Virus record (IMG/VR): IMGVR_UViG_3300017694_000006 | Span: 1-43,680 of that record | Strand: one strand, 5' to 3' | Length of the DNA: 43,680 nt | Source of the DNA: a virus | Part shown: one piece after another, positions 14,622-22,385 of the stretch | Numbering within the stretch: the stretch's first letter is position 1 | How the letters are laid out: each line of letters starts with the position of its first letter | The notes under the pieces: generated by a model | The model's database searches: none | Told to the model about the DNA's origin: nothing | What the model saw: only the letters and a program-made list of their open reading frames with translations | Made by a program: the position numbers and the translations under genes

Positions 14622-14864
14622 ATGTCCCGCTCAGAAAACAAAGCCGTCCTTGTGGCGAAGCACCTGCGCAAGCACGGCCACATCAGCCAAGGCAGCGCCA
14701 CTCTGGAGTACGGTAACTTCCGCCTCTCCGACGCCATCTTCCGGCTCCGCACCGACGACGATGACCTCATCCCTGAGGGCATGCGGATCATCACGGTGAC
14801 CAAGCGGGACGCCTCGGGTCACCCCTACGGCGAGTACCAGCTGGTGAAGAAGGGCTCGATCTGA
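14622..14864 (+). CDS. Small winged-helix (HTH_39-like) protein
   Basis: 80 aa. AVLVAKHLRKHGHISQGSATLEYGNFRLSDAIFRLR...YQL resembles the phage wHTH family. ATG 6 nt after GGAGAA. Confidence 0.45.
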   Translation: MSRSENKAVLVAKHLRKHGHISQGSATLEYGNFRLSDAIFRLRTDDDDLIPEGMRIITVTKRDASGHPYGEYQLVKKGSI

Positions 14865-15046
14865 TGGCGAAGCCGCAGCGCAAGCCCGTCTCCGCTGGGG
14901 CCCAGCCTCCCCGTGAGCTGATCCGCCGCACCACCGCTATGACCGATGCCATGGTCGACGCCTTCCGCAACGCGGGCCTCGACGTGAGCCGCGCCAAGCT
15001 CCCCGTCAAGCGCGAGACCACATGGTCCGTGACACGTCGGGGCTGA
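14864..15046 (+). CDS. Hypothetical protein (60 aa)
   Basis: TGATG overlap with the upstream gene and high third-position GC. Overlaps the primase start by 25 nt. Confidence 0.4.
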   Translation: MAKPQRKPVSAGAQPPRELIRRTTAMTDAMVDAFRNAGLDVSRAKLPVKRETTWSVTRRG

Positions 15047-16707
15047 GCGAAAGCAGCCTCCTCTACAAGACCAGCTGCCCCAGGGCGGACTGCGGATCAA
15101 GCGATGGGAACGCCGTCTATGATGACGGTCACACTTTCTGCTTCGTCTGTAGCCGCCCCGGGCGTGTCGATGGCGAGGAGGACTACACACCTCCCGCCAA
15201 AGGAAAGCGAATGGCTGGCCTGATAAGCGGCACAGTAGAGGCGATCCCGTCGCGCAAGCTCGACGACCGGGTCTGTCAGAAGTACAACTACCAAGTCGGC
15301 ACCTTCAGCGACAAGAAGTGCCACATCGCGCCGTTCTACGACGCCGAGGGCACGATGGTTGCCCAGAAGGTCCGCCTACCGGGTAAGGACTTCGTGGTCC
15401 TCGGGGACCTCAAGGCATCCCTCCCGCTCTTCGGGCAGCACCTATGCCGGGACGGCGGCAAGATGATCGTGGTCACCGAAGGTGAACTCGACGCCATGTC
15501 CGTGACCCAAGCAATGGGCCTGACGTGGCCCGCCGTCTCGATCCCACAGGGCGCACCTTCGGCCAAGAAGGCAATTGCCAAGGCCCTAGGGTTCCTCGAA
15601 GCGTTCGAGAAGGTCGTCTTCATGTTCGACCAGGACGACGTCGGGCAAGCCGCGATGGCGGACTGCCTGCCTCTCCTGTCCCCCGGCAAGGCCTACGTGG
15701 CCACGCTCCCGGCGGGCATGAAGGACGCCAACGACATGGTCAAAGCGGCCCGCTCCAAGGAGCTGGTCGACGCCATCTGGGGCGCGCGCAAGTACGTGCC
15801 GGAAGTCCTCAACGACATCGACGACGAACTGATCGACGATGCCTGTGAGGAGCAGGGCTGGGGGCTTCCCTGGCCCTACGTGTCGATGACCAAGGCGACC
15901 TACGGTATCCTTCGGGGCTGTGTGTACACCTGGGGAGCTGGCACGGGCTCTGGCAAGACCACCCTAATGCGGATGCTCATGGCTACGGCCATGCGTCCCG
16001 AGCTTGGCGAGGATCACTCGGAGTTCATGCCGATGCCCGCGCCGAGACCTGTTGGCACCATCCTGTACGAGGAGCCGCTGAAGCGGACCCTCAAGAACCT
16101 CGCGGGCCTCGTCATGAGGCAGCGCATCCACGTGCCCGGCACCGAGTACGACAAGGATGAGGCGAAGCGGATTATGAAGGAGCTGCGGCCTCTTCTGAAG
16201 TCCATCTCGCTCAAGGGCGCTCGGGACTGGGATGCCGTCAAGAACACCATCAGGTATCTTAACGCCTCCGAGGGCGTCGAGGACTTCGTGATCGACCCGA
16301 TGACCGCGCTCACTGCGGGCATCGAGAACGAGCGGCAGGCCCTTGACGGTATCATGTCCGACATGGCCGAGCTGGCCGAGGACTTGGACATCACAATCCA
16401 CCTCGTCTTCCACTTGGCGACCCCCGAAGGGAAGAGCCATGAGGATGGCGGGCGGGTGCAGGAGAAGCACTTCCGGGGCTCCCGCGCCGTCGCGTTCTGG
16501 TCGCACTTCCTGTTCGGCCTTGAGCGGAACAAGCAGGACCCCGACTGCCCCACGATCATCCGAGGTCTGAAGGATCGCCCAACCGGCGATGCCATCGGGC
16601 CGTTCATTGCGCTCACCTACGACAAAGCGACGGGCCACATGGTCGAAGTCGAGATGCCGGAGGATGGCGAGCGCCCCTTCAAGAACGAGGAGGACAATGA
16701 CCTCTAA
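15022..16707 (+). CDS. Bifunctional DNA primase/helicase (T7 gp4-like)
   Basis: Zinc motif CPRADCGSSDGNAVYDDGHTFCFVC, TOPRIM motif IVVTEGELDAMSV and Walker A GAGTGSGKTT. The acidic C-terminal end resembles T7 gp4. Confidence 0.95.
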   Translation: MVRDTSGLSESSLLYKTSCPRADCGSSDGNAVYDDGHTFCFVCSRPGRVDGEEDYTPPAKGKRMAGLISGTVEAIPSRKLDDRVCQKYNYQVGTFSDKKCHIAPFYDAEGTMVAQKVRLPGKDFVVLGDLKASLPLFGQHLCRDGGKMIVVTEGELDAMSVTQAMGLTWPAVSIPQGAPSAKKAIAKALGFLEAFEKVVFMFDQDDVGQAAMADCLPLLSPGKAYVATLPAGMKDANDMVKAARSKELVDAIWGARKYVPEVLNDIDDELIDDACEEQGWGLPWPYVSMTKATYGILRGCVYTWGAGTGSGKTTLMRMLMATAMRPELGEDHSEFMPMPAPRPVGTILYEEPLKRTLKNLAGLVMRQRIHVPGTEYDKDEAKRIMKELRPLLKSISLKGARDWDAVKNTIRYLNASEGVEDFVIDPMTALTAGIENERQALDGIMSDMAELAEDLDITIHLVFHLATPEGKSHEDGGRVQEKHFRGSRAVAFWSHFLFGLERNKQDPDCPTIIRGLKDRPTGDAIGPFIALTYDKATGHMVEVEMPEDGERPFKNEEDNDL

Positions 16708-17314
16708 AAATTGTGCCGACTGTCGGTTCGGGCCTGACTCAATCGAGAGCTGCCAAGCCCGCAGCTGCTTCGCAGACCCACGGTTTCCCGCATGGGAACC
16801 GCAGGAGCCCAAGTGTCTCATCGCCCCTACCGAGACTGCACCACGTTACGTCGACTGCTACCACAATCCCAAGTGGTGCGGATGCTCTCGTTGCTTCGAG
16901 GCACTTCGCCAGCTTCCGACACCGCAACCCGGCATCGGCCACAACGGCGGTCCACCTATCGCGGAATGGGCCGACAGCCCTTCGCTTCCTGACGCTGCTT
17001 CAGCGCGCAACGAGTACCCGATGGCCGATGGCCTTCTGGACTACTTCCCGAACGCTCTGGCTGAGGTCGCGAAGCTCTCGCACTTGGCAACCCAGCAGCA
17101 TCATCCCGATCAGGAAATGCACTGGGACCGCAGAAAGTCCACGGATCACCGCAACAAGATCATCCGGCACCTCGCGGACACCCACACGGTGGACGACAAG
17201 GGCCTCGATCATTGGGCGATGGTCTGCTGGCGGGCCCTGGCTGGCTACCAGGACTACCTCGAACGCAAGCACAGCCTGCCGCCGTCCCGCGCCTCGCGCA
17301 ACCGACCCTTCTGA
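16697..17314 (+). CDS. Cys-rich protein with a DUF5664-like C-terminal domain (dATP/dGTP pyrophosphohydrolase-associated domain)
   Basis: ATG 16697 in the frame of ORF-track 16589..17314. YPMADGLLDYFPNALAEVAKLSHLATQQHHP...W.RRKS...RHL...D..GLDHWAMVCWRALA resembles the recollected DUF5664 pattern. Confidence 0.45.
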   Translation: MTSKNCADCRFGPDSIESCQARSCFADPRFPAWEPQEPKCLIAPTETAPRYVDCYHNPKWCGCSRCFEALRQLPTPQPGIGHNGGPPIAEWADSPSLPDAASARNEYPMADGLLDYFPNALAEVAKLSHLATQQHHPDQEMHWDRRKSTDHRNKIIRHLADTHTVDDKGLDHWAMVCWRALAGYQDYLERKHSLPPSRASRNRPF

Positions 17315-17335
17315 TTAACCCCCACCATCGGAGAA
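17313..17335 (+). promoter_or_regulatory. Family-B (T3-like) promoter motif GATTAACCCCCACCATCGGAGAA
   Basis: Overlaps the upstream stop codon TGA. The predicted +1 G at 17330 makes GGAG the first transcribed bases. Confidence 0.65.
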
Positions 17336-17340
17336 TGAAC

Positions 17341-17640
17341 ATGATCGCACGCATCCGCACCTTCGCTGCCATCCTCGTCGGCTACGCTCTGGCCGCAGCC
17401 GCGACTGTCCTTAGCTACGTTTCGGGCCTCCTCGACCGCCTGCCGGTGTCCATCGACCGAACCGTCGCGGGCCTCGACAAGATCGTCGCCAAGCTGGAGC
17501 GCGCCGAGGCGCAGCATCAGGCACGCATCGACCGCGAAATCGCGTTCCAGGAAGCCAGCTACGCTCGCGAAGACGCCGCCGCATCGGCAGCCGACCGCGC
17601 CGCCCGCGTCCGCGCTCGCATCGCCAAGCTGCTCGACTAA
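17341..17640 (+). CDS. Membrane-anchored coiled-coil protein
   Basis: MIARIRTFAAILVGYALAAAATVLSYV (TM segment) followed by an Ala/Arg/Glu-rich helix. ATG 17341 lies 7 nt after GGAG, and an in-frame ATG at 17335 is an alternative. Confidence 0.5.
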   Translation: MIARIRTFAAILVGYALAAAATVLSYVSGLLDRLPVSIDRTVAGLDKIVAKLERAEAQHQARIDREIAFQEASYAREDAAASAADRAARVRARIAKLLD

Positions 17641-17643
17641 CAC

Positions 17644-17661
17644 TTCCGTTAGCCTGAGCAT
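17644..17661 (+). promoter_or_regulatory. Family-A motif variant TTCCGTTAGCCTGAGCAT
   Basis: Begins 6 nt after the stop codon TAA at 17638-17640. Confidence 0.45.
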
Positions 17662-17671
17662 CAGCATCCAA

Positions 17672-17697
17672 GGGGGTCCTACGGGGCCCCCTTTTTT
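17672..17697 (+). terminator. Rho-independent terminator upstream of the DNA polymerase gene
   Basis: GGGGGTCC-TACG-GGGCCCCC stem (one G-U pair) followed by TTTTTT. Confidence 0.7.
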
Positions 17698-17714
17698 CGT
17701 TCTGGGAGCCCGAC

Positions 17715-19694
17715 TTGCTCATATACGACATCGAGACGAACGGGCTGCTCGACGAGCTGGACCGCGTCCACACCCTACACATTCTTGAGACTGCCACCGG
17801 CATCCGCCTAAGGTTCAACGACGGCTTCTTCGCTGACGGCAGCCCGGCACCGCGTCACGGCAGCATCGCAGACGGCTTGCGCCTCCTGATGAAGGCCCGC
17901 CGCATCTGCGGTCACAACGTCATCTCATTCGATAACCCGGCGATCACCAAGGTCTACCCGTGGTTCAAGCTGCGGCCCGACTGCATCGTCGAAGACACGA
18001 TGGTCTGGGCCCGGCTTATCTGGCCGCACATCAAGGAAATCGACGCCAAGTGGATGAAGTCGGGCAGGCTGCCTGCGGACTTCGCCAAGCAGAAGCTGAT
18101 GGGCACCCACAAGCTCAAGGCCTGGGGCATCCGCTTGGGTGTCCTGAAGGCTGACTACGAGGGAGAGTGGGACCTCTTCACGCAGGAGATGGAAGAGTAC
18201 GCTGCACAGGACCCGGTCACGACTTTGGCGCTGTGGCGCAAGATCGTGGAGAAGGGCTTCGCGCCTGAGGCCGTGCGGCTTGAGCATGACGTTCAGGCGA
18301 TCATTCACCTGCAGCAGCGGTTCGGCTTCAAGTTCGACCGTGAGGCAGCCGAGAAGCTGGAGTGGGTCCTGCGGGCCCGTAAGGCTGAACTTGAGGACGA
18401 ACTCCGCGCTGCCTTCAAGCCCTGGTACAAGCCGGAGCGCAAGGGTGGCAAGATCGTCGAGCTGACCCCGAAGAACAGCAACCGGCGGTTCAATCACACC
18501 GCAGGCTGGACGTTCTCCAAGGTCAAGCTGGTCTCCTTCAATCCCGGCAGTCGCCCTCAAATCTCCGAGCGGCTCATCGAGCTGTACGGGTGGATACCTG
18601 TCGAGTTCACTGACAGCGGCGCACCGAAGGTCGACGAAACGACCCTCGGCTCTCTCGACCACATCCCAGCAGCGCGCCTGCTGGTCGACTACCTGACCGT
18701 CGACAAGCGGCTCGGCCAGTTGGCCGAGGGCGACAATGCCTGGATGAAGATGGTCGCAGCGGACGGACGTATCCACGGGTACGTCAACACGCTCGGCGCG
18801 ATCACCCGAAGGATGACCCACTCGGGTCCTAACATGGCCCAGGTGCCGTCCTTGGTGAACGCCAGGGGCACGGTGCCATACGGCAAGGAGTGCCGGTCTC
18901 TCTTCGTCGTGGCGAAAGCTCGCTTGCTCTGTGGCGTGGACGCCGAGGGCTTGGAGCTGCGGAAACTCGCCCACTACATGGCGAAGTACGACGGTGGGGC
19001 TTACGCCGACACGGTCGTCAACGGCAAGCGCGAGGACGGCTCTGACGTCCACACGGTAAACCAGCGGCTTATCCGCCTCAACGCCCGCAACTCGGCCAAG
19101 ACCTGGATTTACGCCTACCTTTACGGCGCTGGCCTGCTGAAGCTCGGCATGGTCATCTACGAAGACTTCACCCCGGCGCAGCGCGAGGCCTTCAACGCCA
19201 AGCACCCGGCGGGCAAGTTGCGCGAGAGCGCCATCGCACGGCTAGGCAAGCAGGCGAGGGTGCGCGTTGAGGGCGGTCTTCCTGCGCTCGGCCAACTGCA
19301 AACCAAAATCAAGCGGCTCGCCGCCTCTGGTTTCCTGAAGAGCGTGGACGGCTCACTTCTTCGCGTCCGGTCTCCGCACGCAGCGTTGAACACCCTACTT
19401 CAGGGCGGAGGCGCTATCGTCATGAAGAAGGCGCTGGTGATCCTCTTCAACCGGCTACTCGCCGATGGCTGGGTCGCTGACCCAGTGACCGGCGCGCTGA
19501 CGCGAGACGGGGAGGTGATGGGCTTCGTCGCGAACATCCACGACGAGTTCCAGATGGAAGTACCCGAACACCTCGCGAAGGAAATCGGTCAGATGGGCAA
19601 GGACGCGATCCGGGATGCTGGTATCGAGTTCGACCTCCGCTGCCCGCTCGCGGGTTCATGCGACATCGGCCACAACTGGGCGGAAGCCCATTAA
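17715..19694 (+). CDS. DNA polymerase (family A, T7 gp5-like)
   Basis: TTG start after GGGAG. Exo I motif LIYDIETNGL, motif B-like SAKTWIYAYLYGAG and motif C-like ANIHDEFQ. Confidence 0.95.
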   Translation: MLIYDIETNGLLDELDRVHTLHILETATGIRLRFNDGFFADGSPAPRHGSIADGLRLLMKARRICGHNVISFDNPAITKVYPWFKLRPDCIVEDTMVWARLIWPHIKEIDAKWMKSGRLPADFAKQKLMGTHKLKAWGIRLGVLKADYEGEWDLFTQEMEEYAAQDPVTTLALWRKIVEKGFAPEAVRLEHDVQAIIHLQQRFGFKFDREAAEKLEWVLRARKAELEDELRAAFKPWYKPERKGGKIVELTPKNSNRRFNHTAGWTFSKVKLVSFNPGSRPQISERLIELYGWIPVEFTDSGAPKVDETTLGSLDHIPAARLLVDYLTVDKRLGQLAEGDNAWMKMVAADGRIHGYVNTLGAITRRMTHSGPNMAQVPSLVNARGTVPYGKECRSLFVVAKARLLCGVDAEGLELRKLAHYMAKYDGGAYADTVVNGKREDGSDVHTVNQRLIRLNARNSAKTWIYAYLYGAGLLKLGMVIYEDFTPAQREAFNAKHPAGKLRESAIARLGKQARVRVEGGLPALGQLQTKIKRLAASGFLKSVDGSLLRVRSPHAALNTLLQGGGAIVMKKALVILFNRLLADGWVADPVTGALTRDGEVMGFVANIHDEFQMEVPEHLAKEIGQMGKDAIRDAGIEFDLRCPLAGSCDIGHNWAEAH

Positions 19695-19700
19695 GGAAGA

Positions 19701-20126
19701 ATGACCCCTCGCATCCAACGCGAGCCGGGGGCCTACTGCGCAGAGAGAGCCATCCTCACTCGGGCCCGTTCGCGGGCTCGGGAAAAGGGTGTGCCTTTCT
19801 CGCTCACGTACCTCGACATCGTTATCCCCGACCGCTGCCCCATACTTGGGATCAAGCTGGAGCGGGGCACTAGCGGCGGGCTCGACAGCTCACCGTCTCT
19901 CGACCGCATCATCCCCGCGCTCGGCTACGTGCCGGGCAACGTGAGAGTGATCGCCAACCGCGCGAACAGGATCAAGTCGGACAGCACCCCCGAGGAGCTG
20001 TCCCGCATCCTCACCTACGTCCTCGAAAACGACCCCAACAACGCCAAGCGCCGAAGGAGGCCTCATGCGAAAACTTCTAAGGACAATGCTTCGCTGGCTG
20101 CGTCTTCTGACGTCCAGTCGAGATAA
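19701..20126 (+). CDS. Free-standing HNH/His-Me-finger-like endonuclease, paralog 2
   Basis: VPFSLTYLDIVIPDRCPILGIKL...SPSLDRIIPALGYVPGNVRVIANRANRIK. Lies immediately downstream of the DNA polymerase gene. Confidence 0.55.
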   Translation: MTPRIQREPGAYCAERAILTRARSRAREKGVPFSLTYLDIVIPDRCPILGIKLERGTSGGLDSSPSLDRIIPALGYVPGNVRVIANRANRIKSDSTPEELSRILTYVLENDPNNAKRRRRPHAKTSKDNASLAASSDVQSR

Positions 20127-20316
20127 TCAGACCCCGGATATAATCCGCATCGGGTCCATACTCTTCGGCATGTGGGCTCTCGGGCTCACCGCCTGGGACG
20201 TGCTAGTCCTGAACCATCAGTTCGACATGCTCAACTACAGCGGCGGCGTGGCAGCGATCCTGACCTCGACCGGCGCGGCGCTGGGCCTCAAGCGCAAGGA
20301 CGAACCTGAAGCATGA
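20065..20316 (+). CDS. Two-TM small membrane protein, a holin candidate
   Basis: 83 aa with TM segments IIRIGSILFGMWALGLTAW and GGVAAILTSTGAALGL and a charged C-terminus KRKDEPEA. GGAGG lies upstream. Overlaps the tail of the HNH gene. Confidence 0.4.
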   Translation: MRKLLRTMLRWLRLLTSSRDNQTPDIIRIGSILFGMWALGLTAWDVLVLNHQFDMLNYSGGVAAILTSTGAALGLKRKDEPEA

Positions 20317-21071
20317 CGCTTCAGACCCTCGACCTCTTCGCAGGGGTCGGGGGCTTCTCCCTCGGTCTCGAAAGGACCGGCGGGTTCCGCACCTCAGCCT
20401 TCTGCGAAATCGACCCCGCCGCCCGGCGCGTACTCAACAAAAACTGGCCGGAAGTGCCGGTGTTCGAGGATGTCGCGCAGCTCACCAAGGAAAACTTCGA
20501 TGTCCCTGTCGACGTCATCACTGGCGGGTTCCCCTGTCAGGACATATCATTCGCCCGAACCGGAAGCGGCAAGGGACTCGGGCTCGCCCTCGCGGGTGCC
20601 CGCTCGGGCTTGTGGTTCCAGTTCCGCCGACTCATCTCCGAGTACCGCCCGCGCTTCGCGATCATCGAAAACGTCTCTGCCCTGCGAACTCGGGGACTGG
20701 ACGTCGTCCTCAGCGGGCTCGCTGCGCTCGGGTATGATGCGGAGTGGCACTGTATACCCGCTGGAGCCGTTGGCGCTCCTCAACGCAGGGACCGGGTGTG
20801 GGTCGTTGCCTACACCTGCGGCTCGGGACTTTCGGGACCTCTCCTCAGCGGGAGTTCCTTACCCCTCACAGCTCCGCCGCAACTCTCCCAGCTTGGCGAC
20901 CTTACTGTACAAAGCGGGGCTTGCTGGCCCTCTCATTCCACAGCTCTACGAGTGGGTGATGGGCTTCCCGATTGGCCACACCGCCTGAAGCAGATGGGCA
21001 ACGCTGTTGTCCCCGCCATTCCCGAGATGATCGGGAGAGCAATCCTCAGATACCTGAAGGAAAACCCATGA
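20313..21071 (+). CDS. dcm: DNA (cytosine-5)-methyltransferase. The region between motif VIII and motif X looks frame-disrupted
   Basis: Motif I DLFAGVGGFS, motif IV GGFPCQDIS, motif VI IIENV, motif VIII QRRDRVWVVA and motif X GNAVVP are in this frame. LPTPAARD and YEWVMGFPIGHT are in the +1 frame (ORF 20470..20988). Confidence 0.8.
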   Translation: MTLQTLDLFAGVGGFSLGLERTGGFRTSAFCEIDPAARRVLNKNWPEVPVFEDVAQLTKENFDVPVDVITGGFPCQDISFARTGSGKGLGLALAGARSGLWFQFRRLISEYRPRFAIIENVSALRTRGLDVVLSGLAALGYDAEWHCIPAGAVGAPQRRDRVWVVAYTCGSGLSGPLLSGSSLPLTAPPQLSQLGDLTVQSGACWPSHSTALRVGDGLPDWPHRLKQMGNAVVPAIPEMIGRAILRYLKENP

Positions 21072-21346
21072 CCATCCAAGCAACCATCGTGCCCCCTCGG
21101 GGCCGCATCACAGAGCGCGAGCTAATCGCTGCCAGCAACTCGGTCAAAGCCCTGCGCTCGCTCCGCCAGTTGCAAGGTGCCATCGACCGGAACGCCTGCG
21201 CTCAGGTTCGCATCCAGTCGCCCAAGGGCTCCACCGAACTCCCACTCTTCGACGACGAGCTGGAAGCCGTGGTCGCCCTGCTGATCGAAAGACACTCGGT
21301 GTTCCTCGCGGGACTCGATGTGGAACTGGAAGTGTTGAGCAAGTGA
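21068..21346 (+). CDS. Hypothetical protein (92 aa)
   Basis: ATGA overlap with the dcm stop codon. In the frame of ORF-track 20972..21346. Confidence 0.5.
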   Translation: MTIQATIVPPRGRITERELIAASNSVKALRSLRQLQGAIDRNACAQVRIQSPKGSTELPLFDDELEAVVALLIERHSVFLAGLDVELEVLSK

Positions 21347-21363
21347 CCGAGGAGACCGCCGCA

Positions 21364-21477
21364 ATGGTGGAGCGCCTCTTCGCCGCCATTGCTCATGGCG
21401 CTGAGGACCACCGAGACTGGCTGCATGAGGCGCTGGTCGCGTTCTTCTCCGGTCTGCCGCTTCCGGCGGTGCGATGA
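21364..21477 (+). CDS. Small hypothetical protein (37 aa)
   Basis: ATG 9 nt after GAGGAG. The stop codon overlaps the next start (ATGA). Below the ORF-track cutoff. Confidence 0.3.
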   Translation: MVERLFAAIAHGAEDHRDWLHEALVAFFSGLPLPAVR

Positions 21478-21863
21478 CGATCCCCAAGACCTCCTTCAGG
21501 CTCCTAGGGCTCACCCTCGCTGCCCTAGCAGCCATTCTCGTCGCCTACTGGCTCCTCACAGCCCCTGCGCGCTCTCGCAAGGCAACCGCAATCTCCACCG
21601 CAACCGCCGCTTCTGCCTCAGCCTCCAAGGCTGCCGCGCAGGACACCATCAAAATCCTCGTCGAGACCCAAGCGACCCACGGGCGCATCGACGTAGTCAC
21701 TCAAGGAAACCGCGATGCCATTCTCGCCGCTGATGGCGCGACTGAGGCGGTGGGGTCTGGTGTTCACAACGCCGGTCTTCATGCTCTCTGCTTGCGCGAC
21801 ACCTATCGTCTACAACCGGCCTGCCAGCGACTGCTCGACGCTGGTGCCGAAGGTCCTCGTTGA
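21474..21863 (+). CDS. Putative i-spanin (Rz-like, N-terminal TM anchor)
   Basis: FRLLGLTLAALAAILVAYWLL is a TM segment followed by a periplasmic region. An overlapping out-of-frame lipoprotein gene follows. Confidence 0.5.
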   Translation: MTIPKTSFRLLGLTLAALAAILVAYWLLTAPARSRKATAISTATAASASASKAAAQDTIKILVETQATHGRIDVVTQGNRDAILAADGATEAVGSGVHNAGLHALCLRDTYRLQPACQRLLDAGAEGPR

Positions 21864-22062
21864 GGCAACCCTAGGTGCGCCTCTTCCTGCGGACCCTTCT
21901 GCTGGGTCTTGGGTTGTCTTTGGGGACGCCCAGACCGGCCAGCTCGACAAGGCCAACACAGATAAGCGAGCTGCTCACGACATCGTGACGGCCTGTGAAC
22001 TTCGGGACCGTGAGGCCGCTAAGGGGATCAGCAAGCGCCCCTGGTGGGCGGTGTTCGGGTGA
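21715..22062 (+). CDS. Putative o-spanin (Rz1-like outer-membrane lipoprotein)
   Basis: Signal peptide MARLRRWGLVFTTPVFMLSAC with lipobox L-S-A-C. Starts inside the i-spanin gene in another frame, 6 nt after AGGAA. Confidence 0.55.
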   Translation: MPFSPLMARLRRWGLVFTTPVFMLSACATPIVYNRPASDCSTLVPKVLVEATLGAPLPADPSAGSWVVFGDAQTGQLDKANTDKRAAHDIVTACELRDREAAKGISKRPWWAVFG

Positions 22063-22106
22063 AAGCCAGAACCTTCGGTCCATTCTCATGGACCCGCTCC
22101 ACGGAC

Positions 22107-22385
22107 ATGGATCAGACCGTTGTCCTGATGCATCACTTGACGTTCAAGCTAGGGCGCATCCGTCTGGAGTTTAGCTTGCAGACTCAGGCGTCTGTAGATC
22201 GACTCCGCCGCATAGACGCCTATTTGGCGCTCAGAAAGCAGGCGGTCGCTTTGTGGTCTCCACACGCGGTCGAGTGGTTTTTGGAAGATCGTGGCGGAAG
22301 CTTGGAGGAAAACGCGGAGCTGCTTCGGCAGATCATCGACGGAACCCTCTCGAACCCTTGGCCTGACGATCCAGAAGGTGCCTAA
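22107..22385 (+). CDS. Hypothetical protein (92 aa) in a lower-GC3 island
   Basis: ATG 22107 in the frame of ORF-track 22044..22385. The sequence looks protein-like (AVEWFLEDRGGSLEENAELLRQIIDG), and third-position GC is clearly lower than in neighbouring genes. Confidence 0.4.
   Translation: MDQTVVLMHHLTFKLGRIRLEFSLQTQASVDRLRRIDAYLALRKQAVALWSPHAVEWFLEDRGGSLEENAELLRQIIDGTLSNPWPDDPEGA

Noticed and set aside
16713-17318. Alternative-frame 201-aa ORF overlapping 16697-17314
   Set aside because: Its translation is Ser/Thr/Arg/Ala-rich with no motif. The other frame carries the DUF5664-like pattern and an ATG overlapping the helicase gene end.
17925-19205. Long - strand ORFs antisense to recognisable genes: 17925-19205 (426 aa), 26975-28261 (428 aa), 8207-9205 (332 aa), 22850-23788 (312 aa), 15964-16821 (285 aa), 11449-12147 and 32361-33122
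   Set aside because: Each lies opposite a + strand gene with clear T7-family motifs. Their translations are Arg/Gly/Ala/Pro-rich low-complexity strings typical of open antisense frames in high-GC DNA. No RBS or start context supports them.
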